DNA of 64,000 nt from an uncultured Methylomirabilota bacterium. Lineage in GTDB: Bacteria; Methylomirabilota; Methylomirabilia; Methylomirabilales; 2-02-FULL-66-22. Made by a program: the position numbers and the translations under genes. The notes under the pieces are model-generated. The model was not told where the DNA came from. It worked only from the letters and a program-made list of their open reading frames with translations, and did not search any database. The stretch is taken from the NCBI GenBank assembly GCA_963845565.1, contig CAWJSJ010000002.1, positions 64,001 to 128,000 of the forward strand, written 5' to 3'. Positions 48,682 to 60,342 of the stretch are shown here, in pieces; position 1 is the first letter of the stretch; every line of letters starts with the position of its first letter.

Positions 48682-49233
48682 ATGAGTACAACACAGCGGT
48701 CCATTCAGGGCACCCTCATCGGCCTCGTGGCGGTCTTGTTCCTTACCACGTCCGCCGCCGCTCTCGAGGTCGGCCAGAAGGCGCCCGAGTTCACGTTAGC
48801 GGACCCTGCCGGGAAACAGGTCAAGCTGTCCGATCTCACCGCCAAGGGTCCGGTGGTCATCTACACGTTCATCCAGGCGTTCACCGGCACCTGAACGCAG
48901 GAGATCCGGAGCTTCGACGCGGCCTTGCCGCAGTTCGAAGCCCTGAACGCCCAGGTCGTGGGCGTGAGCGCCGATCATGCTGCCACGCTGAAGGCCTTCA
49001 CGGAAGCCAACGGCGTCAAGCACCCGCTCCTCTCGGATTTCCGGCGCCAGATGCTCCCGGAATACGGCGCCATGGTGACCGACGAGAAGAGCCCGATCTA
49101 TCGGTACGCCAAGCGGGCCTTCTTCGTGATCGACCGGTCGGGAACCGTCCGGTTTATCAAGATCCACGACAACGCCCTCGACCTGCTCAAACCCGAGGAC
49201 CTGTTGAAGGCGTTGAAGGAGAGTGGCGCGTGA
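48682..49233 (+). CDS. Exported peroxiredoxin-like selenoprotein (Sec at codon 71)
   Basis: Signal peptide; QAFTGT-TGA(48892-48894)-TQEI in frame with VVGVSAD/LLSD/KRAFFVID; TGA at the peroxidatic TxxC position. Confidence 0.85.
48911..48941 (+). promoter_or_regulatory. Putative bacterial SECIS hairpin
   Basis: GCTTCGA-C-GCGGC-CTT-GCCGC-AGT-TCGAAGC, 16 nt after TGA. Confidence 0.65.
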
Positions 49234-49769
49234 AGACAACAGTAGTCGCGACGAGCCTCCTCATCGCGGCGCTCCTCGCGGCGCCCGCCTTTGGGGCCGG
49301 GCCGGACTTCGCCGGCATGCAGGTGCAGCCCTACGATCCTCCCAAAGCGGCTCCGGCTCTCGCCCTCCCGAGCCTCGACGGCAAGACGGTCCGCCTGGAG
49401 GATCTGAAGGGCAAGGTGGTGATGCTCGTTTTCTGGGCCACCTGGTGACCCGTCTGCCGGGAGGAGTTACCTTCCGTCAACAGGGCGTACGGCGAGTTCA
49501 GGGATAAGGGCCTCGAGGTCCTCCTGGTGGATTTCCGGGAGGACGCCGAGACGGTGAGGAAGGCTGTGCGCGACCGGGGCTACACCGCGCCGGTGCTGCT
49601 CGATCAGAGTGGCGACGTGACGGGAAGGGCGTACGGCGTGTGGGGGCCGCCCACCGTGTTCTTCGTGGACCGGAAGGGCCAGCTCCTGGGCCGCGCCGTC
49701 GGCCCCCGCGGCTGGGACAGCCCGGCCGCCAAGACGTTCCTGCGGGCCCTGCTGGAGCTGCCGGGATAG
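49230..49769 (+). CDS. Exported TlpA/ResA-like thioredoxin selenoprotein (UxxC)
   Basis: Signal peptide; FWATW-TGA(49446-49448)-PVCREELP in frame with YGVWGPPTVFFVD; GTGA overlap with upstream gene. Confidence 0.88.
49451..49487 (+). promoter_or_regulatory. Putative SECIS hairpin
   Basis: GGGAGG-AGTTA-CCTTCC apical stem with outer CGTCTG/CAGGGCG pairing. Confidence 0.5.
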
Positions 49770-49822
49770 CGTAAGTTTCTGTGGTGACCTGCCGGGCCGT
49801 GCCATTCTCTCTGAAATTGACC

Positions 49823-49881
49823 GCCGACAGATTGGAGCGTGAGCGATCTTCACGCGCTCCGATCTGTCGGCCTTTCCTTTC
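49823..49881 (+). terminator. Long hairpin with pyrimidine tail after the selenoprotein operon
   Basis: GCCGACAGATTGGAGCG...CGCTCCGATCTGTCGGC then CTTTCCTTT. Confidence 0.55.
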
Positions 49882-50310
49882 CGCGCTACAACCCTTCGAA
49901 GGGGGTGATGCGACCCCGTACCGGGCCTATTCCCCGGCTCGCCCGCCCATGTGCGGCGGCGACAAACAGAGTTGCCCCATGAAGATGCGCGGTCGCTCGA
50001 CCCCCCGGACCATCCCATGATGGAGCCTAATACACCTCCCCCCGCACGGCCCTTGCGTGCAACGGTCGGATTTGATAGAAGGTAAGTGTCTTCAGCTACT
50101 GCCACCTGGCACCGGATCCTAGGGCAGGGTTATCCCCTGGGACGCTACTCATGTCTTCCCGATCCTGTGGTCTGCGGGAGGAGCAATCCGTGTAACCGAA
50201 GTCCCGTCCTTCCGCGCGTCTGTTCGTCCTTTAACCACACCATCGCGGCCGACTGAACGGGAGTCCGGGCCCACCTCGAAACCGAAGTAGCACACAGGAG
50301 GATTCGACTC

Positions 50311-51669
50311 ATGGCTAACTGGAATGCGGCTGCACTCGTTGCCGAAGATCGCGATCACCTCCTCCATCCCCTCCAACATCCGGCGGACCACGCCACCCCC
50401 CACATTTGGGTCAAGGGCCAAGGGTGCGTCCTGACGGACGCCGAGGGTCGAGAGTACCTCGACGGCCTGTCCTGCCTCTGGAACGTGAATGTGGGCCACG
50501 GACGCAAAGAGTTGGCGGAAGCGGCCGCCGAGCAGATGGCGACCTTGGCCTATTCGACCAATTACGTCGGATCCTCCAACGTGCCGGCGATTCGGCTGGC
50601 GCATCGGCTGACCGAGATCGCGTACCCGAACCTCGCCGCCGCCTATTTCGCCAGCGGCGGGGCGGAAGCCGACGAGAGCGCCTTCAAGACCGCGCGCTTC
50701 TACTGGAAGGCCAAGGGGCAGCCGCAGAAGGTGAAGGTGATCTCCCGCCAGTTCGGCTACCACGGGGTTACCCTGGCGGCGATGAGCGCCACCGCCGTTC
50801 CGGGGTACGCCAAGATGTTCGAGCCGCTGGTTCCCAATTTTATCCACACCGCCACCCCGTACGGTTACCGGCTCGAGGGGGTGAAGCCGGGCGAGACCGT
50901 GGGGCAAGCCGCAGCGCGCATGCTGGAAGAGACCATCCTGCGAGAGGGGCCGGACACGGTGGCCGCGTTCATCGCCGAGCCGGTCCAAGGGGCGGGTGGA
51001 GTGATCGTCCCTCCCGACGACTATTTTCCCTTGGTTCGCCAGATCTGCACCAAGCACAACGTGCTGTTCATTGCCGATGAGGTGATCACCGGTTTCGGTC
51101 GCACCGGGGACTGGTTCGCGTTGAAACGGTGGGGCGTCCAGCCGGACATCCTTTCCTTCGCCAAGGGCATCACCAGCGGCTACCTCCCCCTCGGCGGGAT
51201 CATGGTCTCGCGAGAGATCCTGGACGCCATGGTCTCGGTCCCCTACGCCGATCGCTGGATGCATGCCTATACCTATTCCGGCCACGCGACCTGCTGCGCG
51301 GTCGGCCTCCGGAATCTGGAGCTCATCGAGAAGGAAGGGCTGGTCGAAAACGCGGCGAAGATGGGGGCACGGCTGCTCGCGGGGATGAAGACCCTCATGG
51401 ATTTCAAGGCCGTGGGCGAAGTCCGAGGCCTGGGGCTGCTGGTCGGGGTGGAACTCGTGGCGGACCGCGCCACCAAGGCCGGCTTTGATCCCGCCAAAGG
51501 GATCATCGGCAAGGTGAAGGCCGCGCTGGAAGCCCGCGGAGTCTTTACCCGGAACATGCGCGACATCATCGCCTTCGCGCCGCCCCTGGTGATCACCGAG
51601 GCTCAGGTGGACAAGCTGGTAGACAGTATGCGGGGTGCCCTCGCGGCGGTCCTGCCCGACCGGGCGTAG
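50311..51669 (+). CDS. Class III aminotransferase (omega-amino acid/BioA-like)
   Basis: YLDGLSCLWNVNVGHG, GYHG, FIAEPVQGAGG, IADEVITGFGRTG, FAKGITSGY. Confidence 0.94.
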   Translation: MANWNAAALVAEDRDHLLHPLQHPADHATPHIWVKGQGCVLTDAEGREYLDGLSCLWNVNVGHGRKELAEAAAEQMATLAYSTNYVGSSNVPAIRLAHRLTEIAYPNLAAAYFASGGAEADESAFKTARFYWKAKGQPQKVKVISRQFGYHGVTLAAMSATAVPGYAKMFEPLVPNFIHTATPYGYRLEGVKPGETVGQAAARMLEETILREGPDTVAAFIAEPVQGAGGVIVPPDDYFPLVRQICTKHNVLFIADEVITGFGRTGDWFALKRWGVQPDILSFAKGITSGYLPLGGIMVSREILDAMVSVPYADRWMHAYTYSGHATCCAVGLRNLELIEKEGLVENAAKMGARLLAGMKTLMDFKAVGEVRGLGLLVGVELVADRATKAGFDPAKGIIGKVKAALEARGVFTRNMRDIIAFAPPLVITEAQVDKLVDSMRGALAAVLPDRA

Positions 51670-51725
51670 GCCTCCGTGGGATGGCCGCACGCCTGGCGCG
51701 GTTCGTTCCTGACGGCTCGCAGGAC

Positions 51726-51767
51726 GGCCCGTGACGGCACCGGACCGGTCCGGTGCCGTCACGGGCC
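51726..51767. repeat. Perfect 42-bp palindrome
   Basis: GGCCCGTGACGGCACCGGACC|GGTCCGGTGCCGTCACGGGCC. Confidence 0.9.
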
Positions 51768-51907
51768 AAGGACCGAGAGCGACTCGACCGCGATTCGCCG
51801 ACGCCCAACCGGCTTCCTGGACGCAAGTCCCCCGGGTTCCCACCGTCCGCTGCCCGGCCCGCGTGGACGGGAGTGGGTTGGCCATCCTGCCCGAGAGGAG
51901 GTCGCCT

Positions 51908-53104
51908 GTGTCGCCCCACAAAGAAATCGTCATCATTGGTGCCGGCGCCATTGGTTGTTCCATCGCGTATCACCTGGCGAAGCAGGGGGTCGCTTCTCAG
52001 ATCATTGAGAGGGAATCGATTGCCGCCCGAGCTTCAGGAAAGTCATGGGCGGTCTTCGCGTATCCGCCACGGTTCTTGGGCCTGGAAGGCCAGCCCCAGG
52101 AGCTGCTCTTTTCCATGCCGGTCGGGAGCGTGTCCCCATGGCTGGACCTTATCTGGTTGGGCTATCACCGTTTGCCCGACATCGCGCTGGAACTGAGAGA
52201 AACGGCCGGAGTTGACATCGGCTACGGCGAACTCGGGTGGATCAGAGTCGTTCTCACAGAACAGCAGGAAGAGATGTATAAGGGAGCGCTAGCGGCGCAG
52301 AGAGCACAGGGGCACCACGAAGGCTACTGGATGGAGGCCTGCGACCTGAAGAGCTTATTCCCCGAGATCAACCCGCAGGTGAGAGGGGGAATGGTTTTCC
52401 CGTATCTCCAAGTGGAGCCCTACCGCTATACCCTTGGTCTCGCGCAGGCAGCAGAACGACGAGGGGTGACTATCAGGAACGGAGACGTCGTTGGGCTCCG
52501 TCGGCAGGGGTCTCGGGTCACTGCGGCTCTCTTGGCTTCAGGAACCGAGGTGACGGCTGATGTCTTTGTCTTGGCCACGGGTCCGTGGAGCGGTCGGAGT
52601 GCGTCCTGGCTGGAAAAGACGATGCCCATTCTGATCAACCGGGAGCAATGCGTGCGGATGGAAGTACCCAAGGGACTTCCGCCATACGGACTGACAGCAC
52701 CAAACGGCCTGACCATCATCCCGAAGGTCGGTGGCGACGTGATCCTGGGCCATGCGGGATTAGCTGACCTGCAAACCAGCTTTGATGTCAACTTGACTAC
52801 CGAAGACGCCAAGATGATGCTGCTGAGTGACGCTCTTGATCTGCTTCCGACACTGACTGAGGCGAAGCTGGTCGAGCAGCGGGGCGATTTTGAAGGCTGG
52901 TCTCCGCCTCCGAGGCGAATCCAGCCGGTACTCGGGCGTCTGCCGGAATGGGACAACGTCTATATCGCTGCCCGATTCGGAACACTCGGTATGATGATGA
53001 GCCTGGGGACAGGCCGGGTGATGGCTGACCTCATCATCGCCGGGGGTCGGGTGCCCTTCCGGTTCAAGAACATGATGGAGGTCCTACGTCCGGCTGGTCC
53101 CTGA
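51908..53104 (+). CDS. FAD-dependent oxidoreductase (DAO/glycine oxidase family)
   Basis: IVIIGAGAIG, ARASGKS, VLATGPWS, PVLGRLP; GAGGAGG RBS before GTG. Confidence 0.88.
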   Translation: MSPHKEIVIIGAGAIGCSIAYHLAKQGVASQIIERESIAARASGKSWAVFAYPPRFLGLEGQPQELLFSMPVGSVSPWLDLIWLGYHRLPDIALELRETAGVDIGYGELGWIRVVLTEQQEEMYKGALAAQRAQGHHEGYWMEACDLKSLFPEINPQVRGGMVFPYLQVEPYRYTLGLAQAAERRGVTIRNGDVVGLRRQGSRVTAALLASGTEVTADVFVLATGPWSGRSASWLEKTMPILINREQCVRMEVPKGLPPYGLTAPNGLTIIPKVGGDVILGHAGLADLQTSFDVNLTTEDAKMMLLSDALDLLPTLTEAKLVEQRGDFEGWSPPPRRIQPVLGRLPEWDNVYIAARFGTLGMMMSLGTGRVMADLIIAGGRVPFRFKNMMEVLRPAGP

Positions 53105-53175
53105 CGGGTATCGAAATCACGGCGGCGTTCGATGGCTCCACTGCGCTGTGATAATCCTGCCGTATGGTCGATCTG

Positions 53176-54063
53176 CTACCGCAAGTTGATTCGTGGGTCC
53201 ATGGCATCGCGCAGCCCGTCACCGATGAAATTGCAGGCGATGGCCACGGTGAGGATGGCTAGCCCCGGAAACGTCGAGATCCACCACTGCTGGATCAACT
53301 CGCGCCCTTCCGCGACCATCGCGCCCCACTCCGGGGTTGGCGGTACGGCGCCGAGGCCGAGGAAAGATAGCGCCGCCGTGATGATGATGGCATTGCCGAA
53401 ATCCATCGCCATGAGCACGAGTGAAGGCGCCAGCGCGTTCGGCAAGACGTGGCGAAGCAGGATGCGACGATTGGACATTCCGAGCGCGCGGGCTGCCGGG
53501 ACGAAGTCGCGCTCTTTGAGCGCAATCACCTCTCCTCTGACGACGCGCGCGTAGGGGGGCCACCAGACCATCAACATGGCCAGCATGGAATTCCGGATAC
53601 TCGGCCCCAGCGCGGCCGCAATGGCCATGGCCAGAATGAGCGCCGGGAACGAGAGCACCATGTCCACAATTCGCATCCCGATCTCGTCCGCCCACCTGCC
53701 AAGAAACCCCGACAGCGCCCCATACAGCGTGCCGAAGAACGAGGCCAGGACCACGACCACCGCTGCGACCGGCAGTGACACCCTGCCACCGTATAAAACG
53801 CGGCTCAGGACATCTCGCCCCAATCCGTCCACGCCCAGCCAGTGATCTGCAGACGGAGCAGCAAGTCGAATGGGGATGTTCTGTTCGATGGGGTCGTAGG
53901 GGGCGATCCAGGGAGCGGTTGCGGCGATCGCCATCCACAGGAGGATGACCAGCGCCCCGCTCACGGCCATGGGGTTCCGGATCAGGCGGCGCCAGACGAG
54001 GTGCCACTCGCTTTCCGGAGGAACGGCCCTCGCGCGCTCGCCAGCGCTCGATGTTGCCGTCAT
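53176..54063 (-). CDS. Peptide ABC transporter permease (DppC/OppC)
   Basis: HWLGVDGLGRDVLSR, AARALG, LSFLGLG..PPTPEWG. Confidence 0.92.
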   Translation of the reverse strand: MTATSSAGERARAVPPESEWHLVWRRLIRNPMAVSGALVILLWMAIAATAPWIAPYDPIEQNIPIRLAAPSADHWLGVDGLGRDVLSRVLYGGRVSLPVAAVVVVLASFFGTLYGALSGFLGRWADEIGMRIVDMVLSFPALILAMAIAAALGPSIRNSMLAMLMVWWPPYARVVRGEVIALKERDFVPAARALGMSNRRILLRHVLPNALAPSLVLMAMDFGNAIIITAALSFLGLGAVPPTPEWGAMVAEGRELIQQWWISTFPGLAILTVAIACNFIGDGLRDAMDPRINLR

Positions 54064-54098
54064 GGCCGCTTCAGACGTGGGGTCGTTGGCATGCGAGG

Positions 54099-55112
54099 TC
54101 ACGAGTAGTGAATACGGGGGTCCAGCCACCCATAGAGGAGATCCACGAACAAATTCACCACTACATACACGATCCCGATCACGAATGTGACGCCCATGAT
54201 CGCGGGAAAGTCATTGGTCCGAACCGACTGGAACGCATAGCGGCCGAGTCCCGGCCAGGCGAAGATCGTCTCGGTCATCACCGCTCCGGACAGCAGACCC
54301 CCATAGGCCAACCCCAGGACGGTGACGGTCGGGATCAGGGCGTTGCGGAGTGCGTGGCGGGCCACGACCACCGACTCGCGGAGTCCCTTGGCCCGGGCCG
54401 TCCGGGTATAGTCCTGCGAGAGTACCTCCAGCATGGACGAGCGGGTAATCCGGGTGATGATCCCCATGATGGAGCTCGCCAGGACCAGACCGGGCAGGAT
54501 CAGATGTGACACCGCGTCCTTGAAGGTTTCGAAGTCCCCGTCGAGGAGGCTGTCGACGGTGAAGAGGCCGGTCACGTAATCCGGACGCTCGACCTGGGGG
54601 CCGAGCCGCCCCGGTCCGACGGTCCAGTGTAGCGTTGCATAGAACAGCACCAGCGAGACCGTGGCCAGCCAGAAGATCGGGATGGAGACGCCGATGAGGG
54701 AGACCATCCGGGCGAGATGGTCGATCGGACCATCTCGCCGGACAGCCGCGAAGATCCCCAGCGGAAGACCGAGGAGGAGGGCAAACACCACCGCCGCCGT
54801 CGCCAGTTCGACCGTCGCCGGCAGGAACAGGGCGAGGTCCTTCGTGATCGCGCGCCGCGTGTTGATGGACGTGCCGAACTCCCCCCGGGTTAAGTTGCGA
54901 ACAAACGTAAAATACTGCTCGTGCAGCGGCCTGTCGAGGTCCCATTTCTCCCGGAAGGCCTTGACGATTTCGGGCCGTTGCGACGCGATCTGCCCGAGAT
55001 TAGAGACGATGGGGTCAGTAGGGACGCTGTGGGCGACGATGAAGGAGATCAGCGTCACCCCCAGCGCCGCCACGACCATCAGAACCAGGCGCCGCGCGAT
55101 GTATCGGCCCAC
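54099..55112 (-). CDS. Peptide ABC transporter permease (DppB/OppB)
   Basis: PATVELA, TARAKGL, RHALRNALIP, TETIFAWPGLG, LDPRI. Confidence 0.93.
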   Translation of the reverse strand: MGRYIARRLVLMVVAALGVTLISFIVAHSVPTDPIVSNLGQIASQRPEIVKAFREKWDLDRPLHEQYFTFVRNLTRGEFGTSINTRRAITKDLALFLPATVELATAAVVFALLLGLPLGIFAAVRRDGPIDHLARMVSLIGVSIPIFWLATVSLVLFYATLHWTVGPGRLGPQVERPDYVTGLFTVDSLLDGDFETFKDAVSHLILPGLVLASSIMGIITRITRSSMLEVLSQDYTRTARAKGLRESVVVARHALRNALIPTVTVLGLAYGGLLSGAVMTETIFAWPGLGRYAFQSVRTNDFPAIMGVTFVIGIVYVVVNLFVDLLYGWLDPRIHYS

Positions 55113-55130
55113 GGTATCCCCACAACCTCC

Positions 55131-56750
55131 CTAGTCCTTGGTCACTGGCGCGAGGTGCGCATATCCCAGCGGAAAGTACTGGTAGCCTTTAATGTTGGCC
55201 CGGGTGACCACCTGGACCTTTCCCTGTAACAGCATCACGTAGGGGCCTTCGTCGAGCAACAGCTTGATGATCTCATGGTACATTGGGACGCGCTTCTTGG
55301 GGTCGCTCTCGGCCGCGGCCTTGTTCGCCAAGTCCTTGGCCTTGGCGCTGTCGTAGTGCAGGCGCGGACCCCAGGTGTGCAGGACCATCTGTCCCACCCA
55401 GTCCGAAGGCCCCAGGAAGTCGGGCGTATTGTAGGAGATGACGGCGGCCTCGGTCTTGGCCCGGTACTTGGTCATCATCGCGCCGAATTCCTCGGGCAGC
55501 AACTCGACCTCGATCCCGACCTTCTTCAGGTCAGCCTGGATCTTCTGGGCGATGACGTCGTAGGTGATCCCGACCGGCGAAGGCCCGCTGCCGTAGCGGA
55601 GTGGGAACTTAAATCCGTTGGGCACGCCCGCCTTGGCCAGAAGCTCCTTGGCCTTCTTGATGTCCGTCTTCGGATTCATCCGCTCGGCGTCGGCTGGCGT
55701 GAGGCCGAGAATGCCGATGGAGTACACTACGGGTCCGCGCACCGCCTGGTTGTTCGTGAGCGCGATGATTCCATCATAGTCGATGGCGGCCCGGATCGCC
55801 TGGCGGACCTCTTTCTTGGCCAGTTCGGGGTGAATCTTCGGGTCACAGGTCATCCCCAGGTACATGTCGTCCAGGGACTGTCCGGTGATGATCTTGACGT
55901 TCTTGTTGCCCCGCATCGTGGCAACGAGGTCGGGCGTGAGGTTCAAGGCGACATCCACGTCGCCGTTCTCCACCTGGAGCTTCTGCGTTGCCGGCGAGGT
56001 CACGTCGCGGATCTCGACCTTGGAGAACTGGGGAGCCTTACCCCAGTAGTTCGGATTCCGCTCGAACGTGATCCCAGTGTTTCTGAGCCAGCTCTTCAAG
56101 ATGAAAGGCCCGCCCCCGGCCGAGTTCTGGTTCAGCCACTCCTCGGCCTTGTCGTCCTTGTCCGCCGTAGGCGAGTCGCTCGCCCCGTGCTCCTTGGCAA
56201 GCTTCGAGTCGATGACCCCCCCGTTTTGTCCGGAGATGATCGCCAGCCAATCCCCATTGGGCTCGTTCAGGATCATCTTCACGGTCAGCGGATCGACGAC
56301 CTGCACCTCTTTCAGGGGGTCCATCTGCCAACTGGCGTTCCCCTTTAAATTCTTGAGGCGGGTGAAGGTGAACCGGACGTCCTCTGCCGTGAAGGGGTTC
56401 CCGCTCGCAAACTTCACGTTCGGCCTGAGCTTGAACGTGTACTCCTTGCCGTCCTTGGAGAGGTCCCACGAGGTGGCGAGGACCGGGGTGTAGGTGGTAA
56501 GTTCCGCGGGGCTCTTTGACCTGAGGAGATAGTCATAGGTGTTGAGGCAGATGAACGCCGCCGCGAACTCAAACTGGCGGCTCACATCGAGCGTCTTCAT
56601 GTCCGCCTGGTCCATCGCGATGATGAGCGTCTTCCCGGCGGCGCGCTGACCGGCCGTTGCCTGCGAGACGCCCAGCGCCCCCGTGAGCGCCAAGATCAGC
56701 GTTACGACGGCCAGCCACGAGCACAAACGGGGACTCCTCAGCGTTTTCAT
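55131..56750 (-). CDS. Peptide ABC transporter substrate-binding protein (family 5)
   Basis: Signal peptide; LATSWD.S.DG..YTFKLR..VKF.SG..FTAEDV; GPF, NPNYWG. Confidence 0.92.
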   Translation of the reverse strand: MKTLRSPRLCSWLAVVTLILALTGALGVSQATAGQRAAGKTLIIAMDQADMKTLDVSRQFEFAAAFICLNTYDYLLRSKSPAELTTYTPVLATSWDLSKDGKEYTFKLRPNVKFASGNPFTAEDVRFTFTRLKNLKGNASWQMDPLKEVQVVDPLTVKMILNEPNGDWLAIISGQNGGVIDSKLAKEHGASDSPTADKDDKAEEWLNQNSAGGGPFILKSWLRNTGITFERNPNYWGKAPQFSKVEIRDVTSPATQKLQVENGDVDVALNLTPDLVATMRGNKNVKIITGQSLDDMYLGMTCDPKIHPELAKKEVRQAIRAAIDYDGIIALTNNQAVRGPVVYSIGILGLTPADAERMNPKTDIKKAKELLAKAGVPNGFKFPLRYGSGPSPVGITYDVIAQKIQADLKKVGIEVELLPEEFGAMMTKYRAKTEAAVISYNTPDFLGPSDWVGQMVLHTWGPRLHYDSAKAKDLANKAAAESDPKKRVPMYHEIIKLLLDEGPYVMLLQGKVQVVTRANIKGYQYFPLGYAHLAPVTKD

Positions 56751-57001
56751 GTCCTACCCTCCTACTCGTGAGGTCACCCAACCCGGCAGTTGTCGACACA
56801 TGCACACCCAGCGCGGGCGTGCACGACCCTGCTCGTTCCCGTTTCTTTCGATGGAGAGTGCGACATCTACCACCGCGCTCCGACAGGTGTCAAGGCCAAT
56901 TCAAAAGAAATCTGTTTTGCGTAGCGCTCCCTTGATGCCTTCGTCGCGCAATCTCGCGGGCGGGCTTGACAGTTTGCGGCGCGGTTGAAAGAATCGCCGC
57001 C

Positions 57002-58186
57002 ATGAGTCAACGCCACGCCCGCGCGACACTGGCCGCGAGCTGCACCATCCACTTCCTGCACGACGGCTGCTCCGATCTCCTCTACGCGCTCTTCCCGGTG
57101 TGGGCGCGCGAGTTCTCGCTCTCCTTTGCGCAGGTGGGGCTGCTCCGCACCGGGTACTCCGGCGCGCTGGCCCTGTTCCAGGTTCCCGCGGGGTTCCTCG
57201 CCGAGCGCTGGGGCGAACCCCGGGTGCTGGCCGCCGGAACGTTCCTCACCGCGGTCGGATTCCTCTGCGTCGGCACGGCGGGAGGATTTGTTCCTCTCCT
57301 GGCGTTCCTGGTGATCGGCGGCCTGGGGTCCGGGACGCAGCATCCCCTGAGCTCCGCCCTGGTCTCCCGAGCATACGAAGAAGGACGCCGCCGCGTCGCT
57401 CTGGGGACCTACAACTTTTCGGGAGACCTCGGCAAGGTGACCTGGCCGGCGCTTGTGGCGCTGGTGACCGCGTGGGCGGGATGGCGCTGGGCGACGCAGG
57501 GCATGGGCATCCTCGTCCTCGGCGCGGCCGTCGGCATCTTTCTCATTCTCGCCCGGATCGCGCTGCCGCCGACCGAGACGGCGGCCCGCCAGACGCTCCG
57601 CCAGGCCTGGAACGGGTGGGGCATCCGGGATACGCGGGGTTTCTCGCTCCTGTCCGCCATCCACGGCATCGACAACGGCTCCCGGACCGTGTTCCTCACC
57701 TATCTACCGTTCTTGCTGCTGGAAAAGGGACTGCGCCTGGACATGATGGGGGTCGCCCTGGGGCTCACCTTTGCGGGCGGAGCGACGGGGAAGTTCGTGT
57801 GCGGGGTGCTGGCCGAGCGTCTCGGCATCATCCGCACGGTCATTCTCACCGAGGCCGCCACGGGGCTCGGCGTCTTCGCGCTGCTCTTCCTCCCCATCCA
57901 GCCGGCCCTGGCTCTCCTTCCCGTCCTCGGCGTGGCCCTGAACGGTACCTCTTCTGTGCTCTACGGCACGGTCGCTGAGCTGGTAACGCCGGAGCGGCGC
58001 TCGCGCGTCTACGGGCTGTTCTATACCATCGGCATCGGCTCCGGCGCTCTCGCTCCGCCCCTCTTCGGCCTGCTCTCCGATGCCGCCGGCGTCCCGGTGA
58101 CGCTCACAGTTCTAGCCCTCGTGATCTTCTTCACGCTTCCTCTCGCCCACTGGCTTCGCGTAGCGATCGAGCCCACCCCAGCCTAG
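57002..58186 (+). CDS. MFS transporter (Fsr-like)
   Basis: HFLHD, GFLAERWG, HP, GDLGK; about 12 TM; TTGACA-N17-AAGAAT just upstream suggests leaderless mRNA. Confidence 0.88.
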   Translation: MSQRHARATLAASCTIHFLHDGCSDLLYALFPVWAREFSLSFAQVGLLRTGYSGALALFQVPAGFLAERWGEPRVLAAGTFLTAVGFLCVGTAGGFVPLLAFLVIGGLGSGTQHPLSSALVSRAYEEGRRRVALGTYNFSGDLGKVTWPALVALVTAWAGWRWATQGMGILVLGAAVGIFLILARIALPPTETAARQTLRQAWNGWGIRDTRGFSLLSAIHGIDNGSRTVFLTYLPFLLLEKGLRLDMMGVALGLTFAGGATGKFVCGVLAERLGIIRTVILTEAATGLGVFALLFLPIQPALALLPVLGVALNGTSSVLYGTVAELVTPERRSRVYGLFYTIGIGSGALAPPLFGLLSDAAGVPVTLTVLALVIFFTLPLAHWLRVAIEPTPA

Positions 58187-58363
58187 CCCCGAAAGCGCGG
58201 CTCCCGATCTGATTCGAGCCGGCCACCCCTCCTGAGTTGACAACAACAGCTTGCTGGGGCATTGTCTGGCATATCATACAAGAGTGTGTGACTCCGCTAT
58301 AAAAGTGGATCATCCAATCCGCTCCTCCTGACGCCACTCAAGCGATGCCGTAAAGGGACGGCC

Positions 58364-59749
<1,386 letters not shown>

Positions 59750-59917
59750 ATCCGTCTGGCTCCACCACCTGAATTCGGACGCATCCAGCCGGATGTGAGT
59801 CGGGTGACCGGCTCGCGTTCTCTTAATCTCCCGGTGTGAGGAGAATCCCCGGCAAAGACAACAAGTTCCAACGATCCTCTCCCCATTCCAGCCTCGGTGC
59901 GGATGGCTCGTGACAGC

Positions 59918-59933
59918 TGGCATCCGACTTGCG
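59918..59933 (+). promoter_or_regulatory. Sigma54 promoter
   Basis: TGGCATCCGACTTGCG = GG-N10-GC, directly downstream of the NtrC gene. Confidence 0.65.
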
Positions 59934-59994
59934 AAGGATCGGGGCATCGTCCCGAAAGGGGAAATCGGGATGGCCGAAAAGGGAGGGGGAAGCC

Positions 59995-60279
59995 ATGAAG
60001 CGCACAAACGGAACCACTCGGGCGGTCTTGACAGGGATGCTTTTGATGGGAGCGGCGTTCGGGATGCTTGGGGACATGAAGTTGGTTGCCACCAATCAGA
60101 GCTACCCGCGGGTGCCTCGTACGGAGCAAGAACAGATGGCACGCGGGAAGGAAAACGAAGCGACGCCGGCGATGATGCAAGGTGTCTCGCTCCTCGCTCG
60201 CACGGGCTCCGGCGAGACGGATCCCTGCATCCCGATCGCACCCGTCACCTTCTCGGTTCGCGGGGCGGTGATCTGCTGA
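59995..60279 (+). CDS. Small hypothetical protein with N-terminal signal/TM helix
   Basis: GGGAGGGG RBS; MKRTNGTTRAVLTGMLLMGAAFGML. Confidence 0.5.
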   Translation: MKRTNGTTRAVLTGMLLMGAAFGMLGDMKLVATNQSYPRVPRTEQEQMARGKENEATPAMMQGVSLLARTGSGETDPCIPIAPVTFSVRGAVIC

Positions 60280-60342
60280 GAGGCGTCTCGATGCTGATCG
60301 CTCGGCGCGGCGGACGTTGTGGATGGAAAAGGAGTGGCAATC

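Noticed and set aside
48682..49769. Genome-wide UGA reassignment or pseudogenes as the explanation for internal TGAs
   Set aside because: TGA is a normal stop in many genes here, and the internal TGAs fall only at catalytic Cys positions in three redoxins
50170..50295. Twin GGGAG...AACCGAAGT motifs resembling a glycine riboswitch
   Set aside because: Lacks the conserved CTCTCAGG elements; cannot be supported without an Rfam scan
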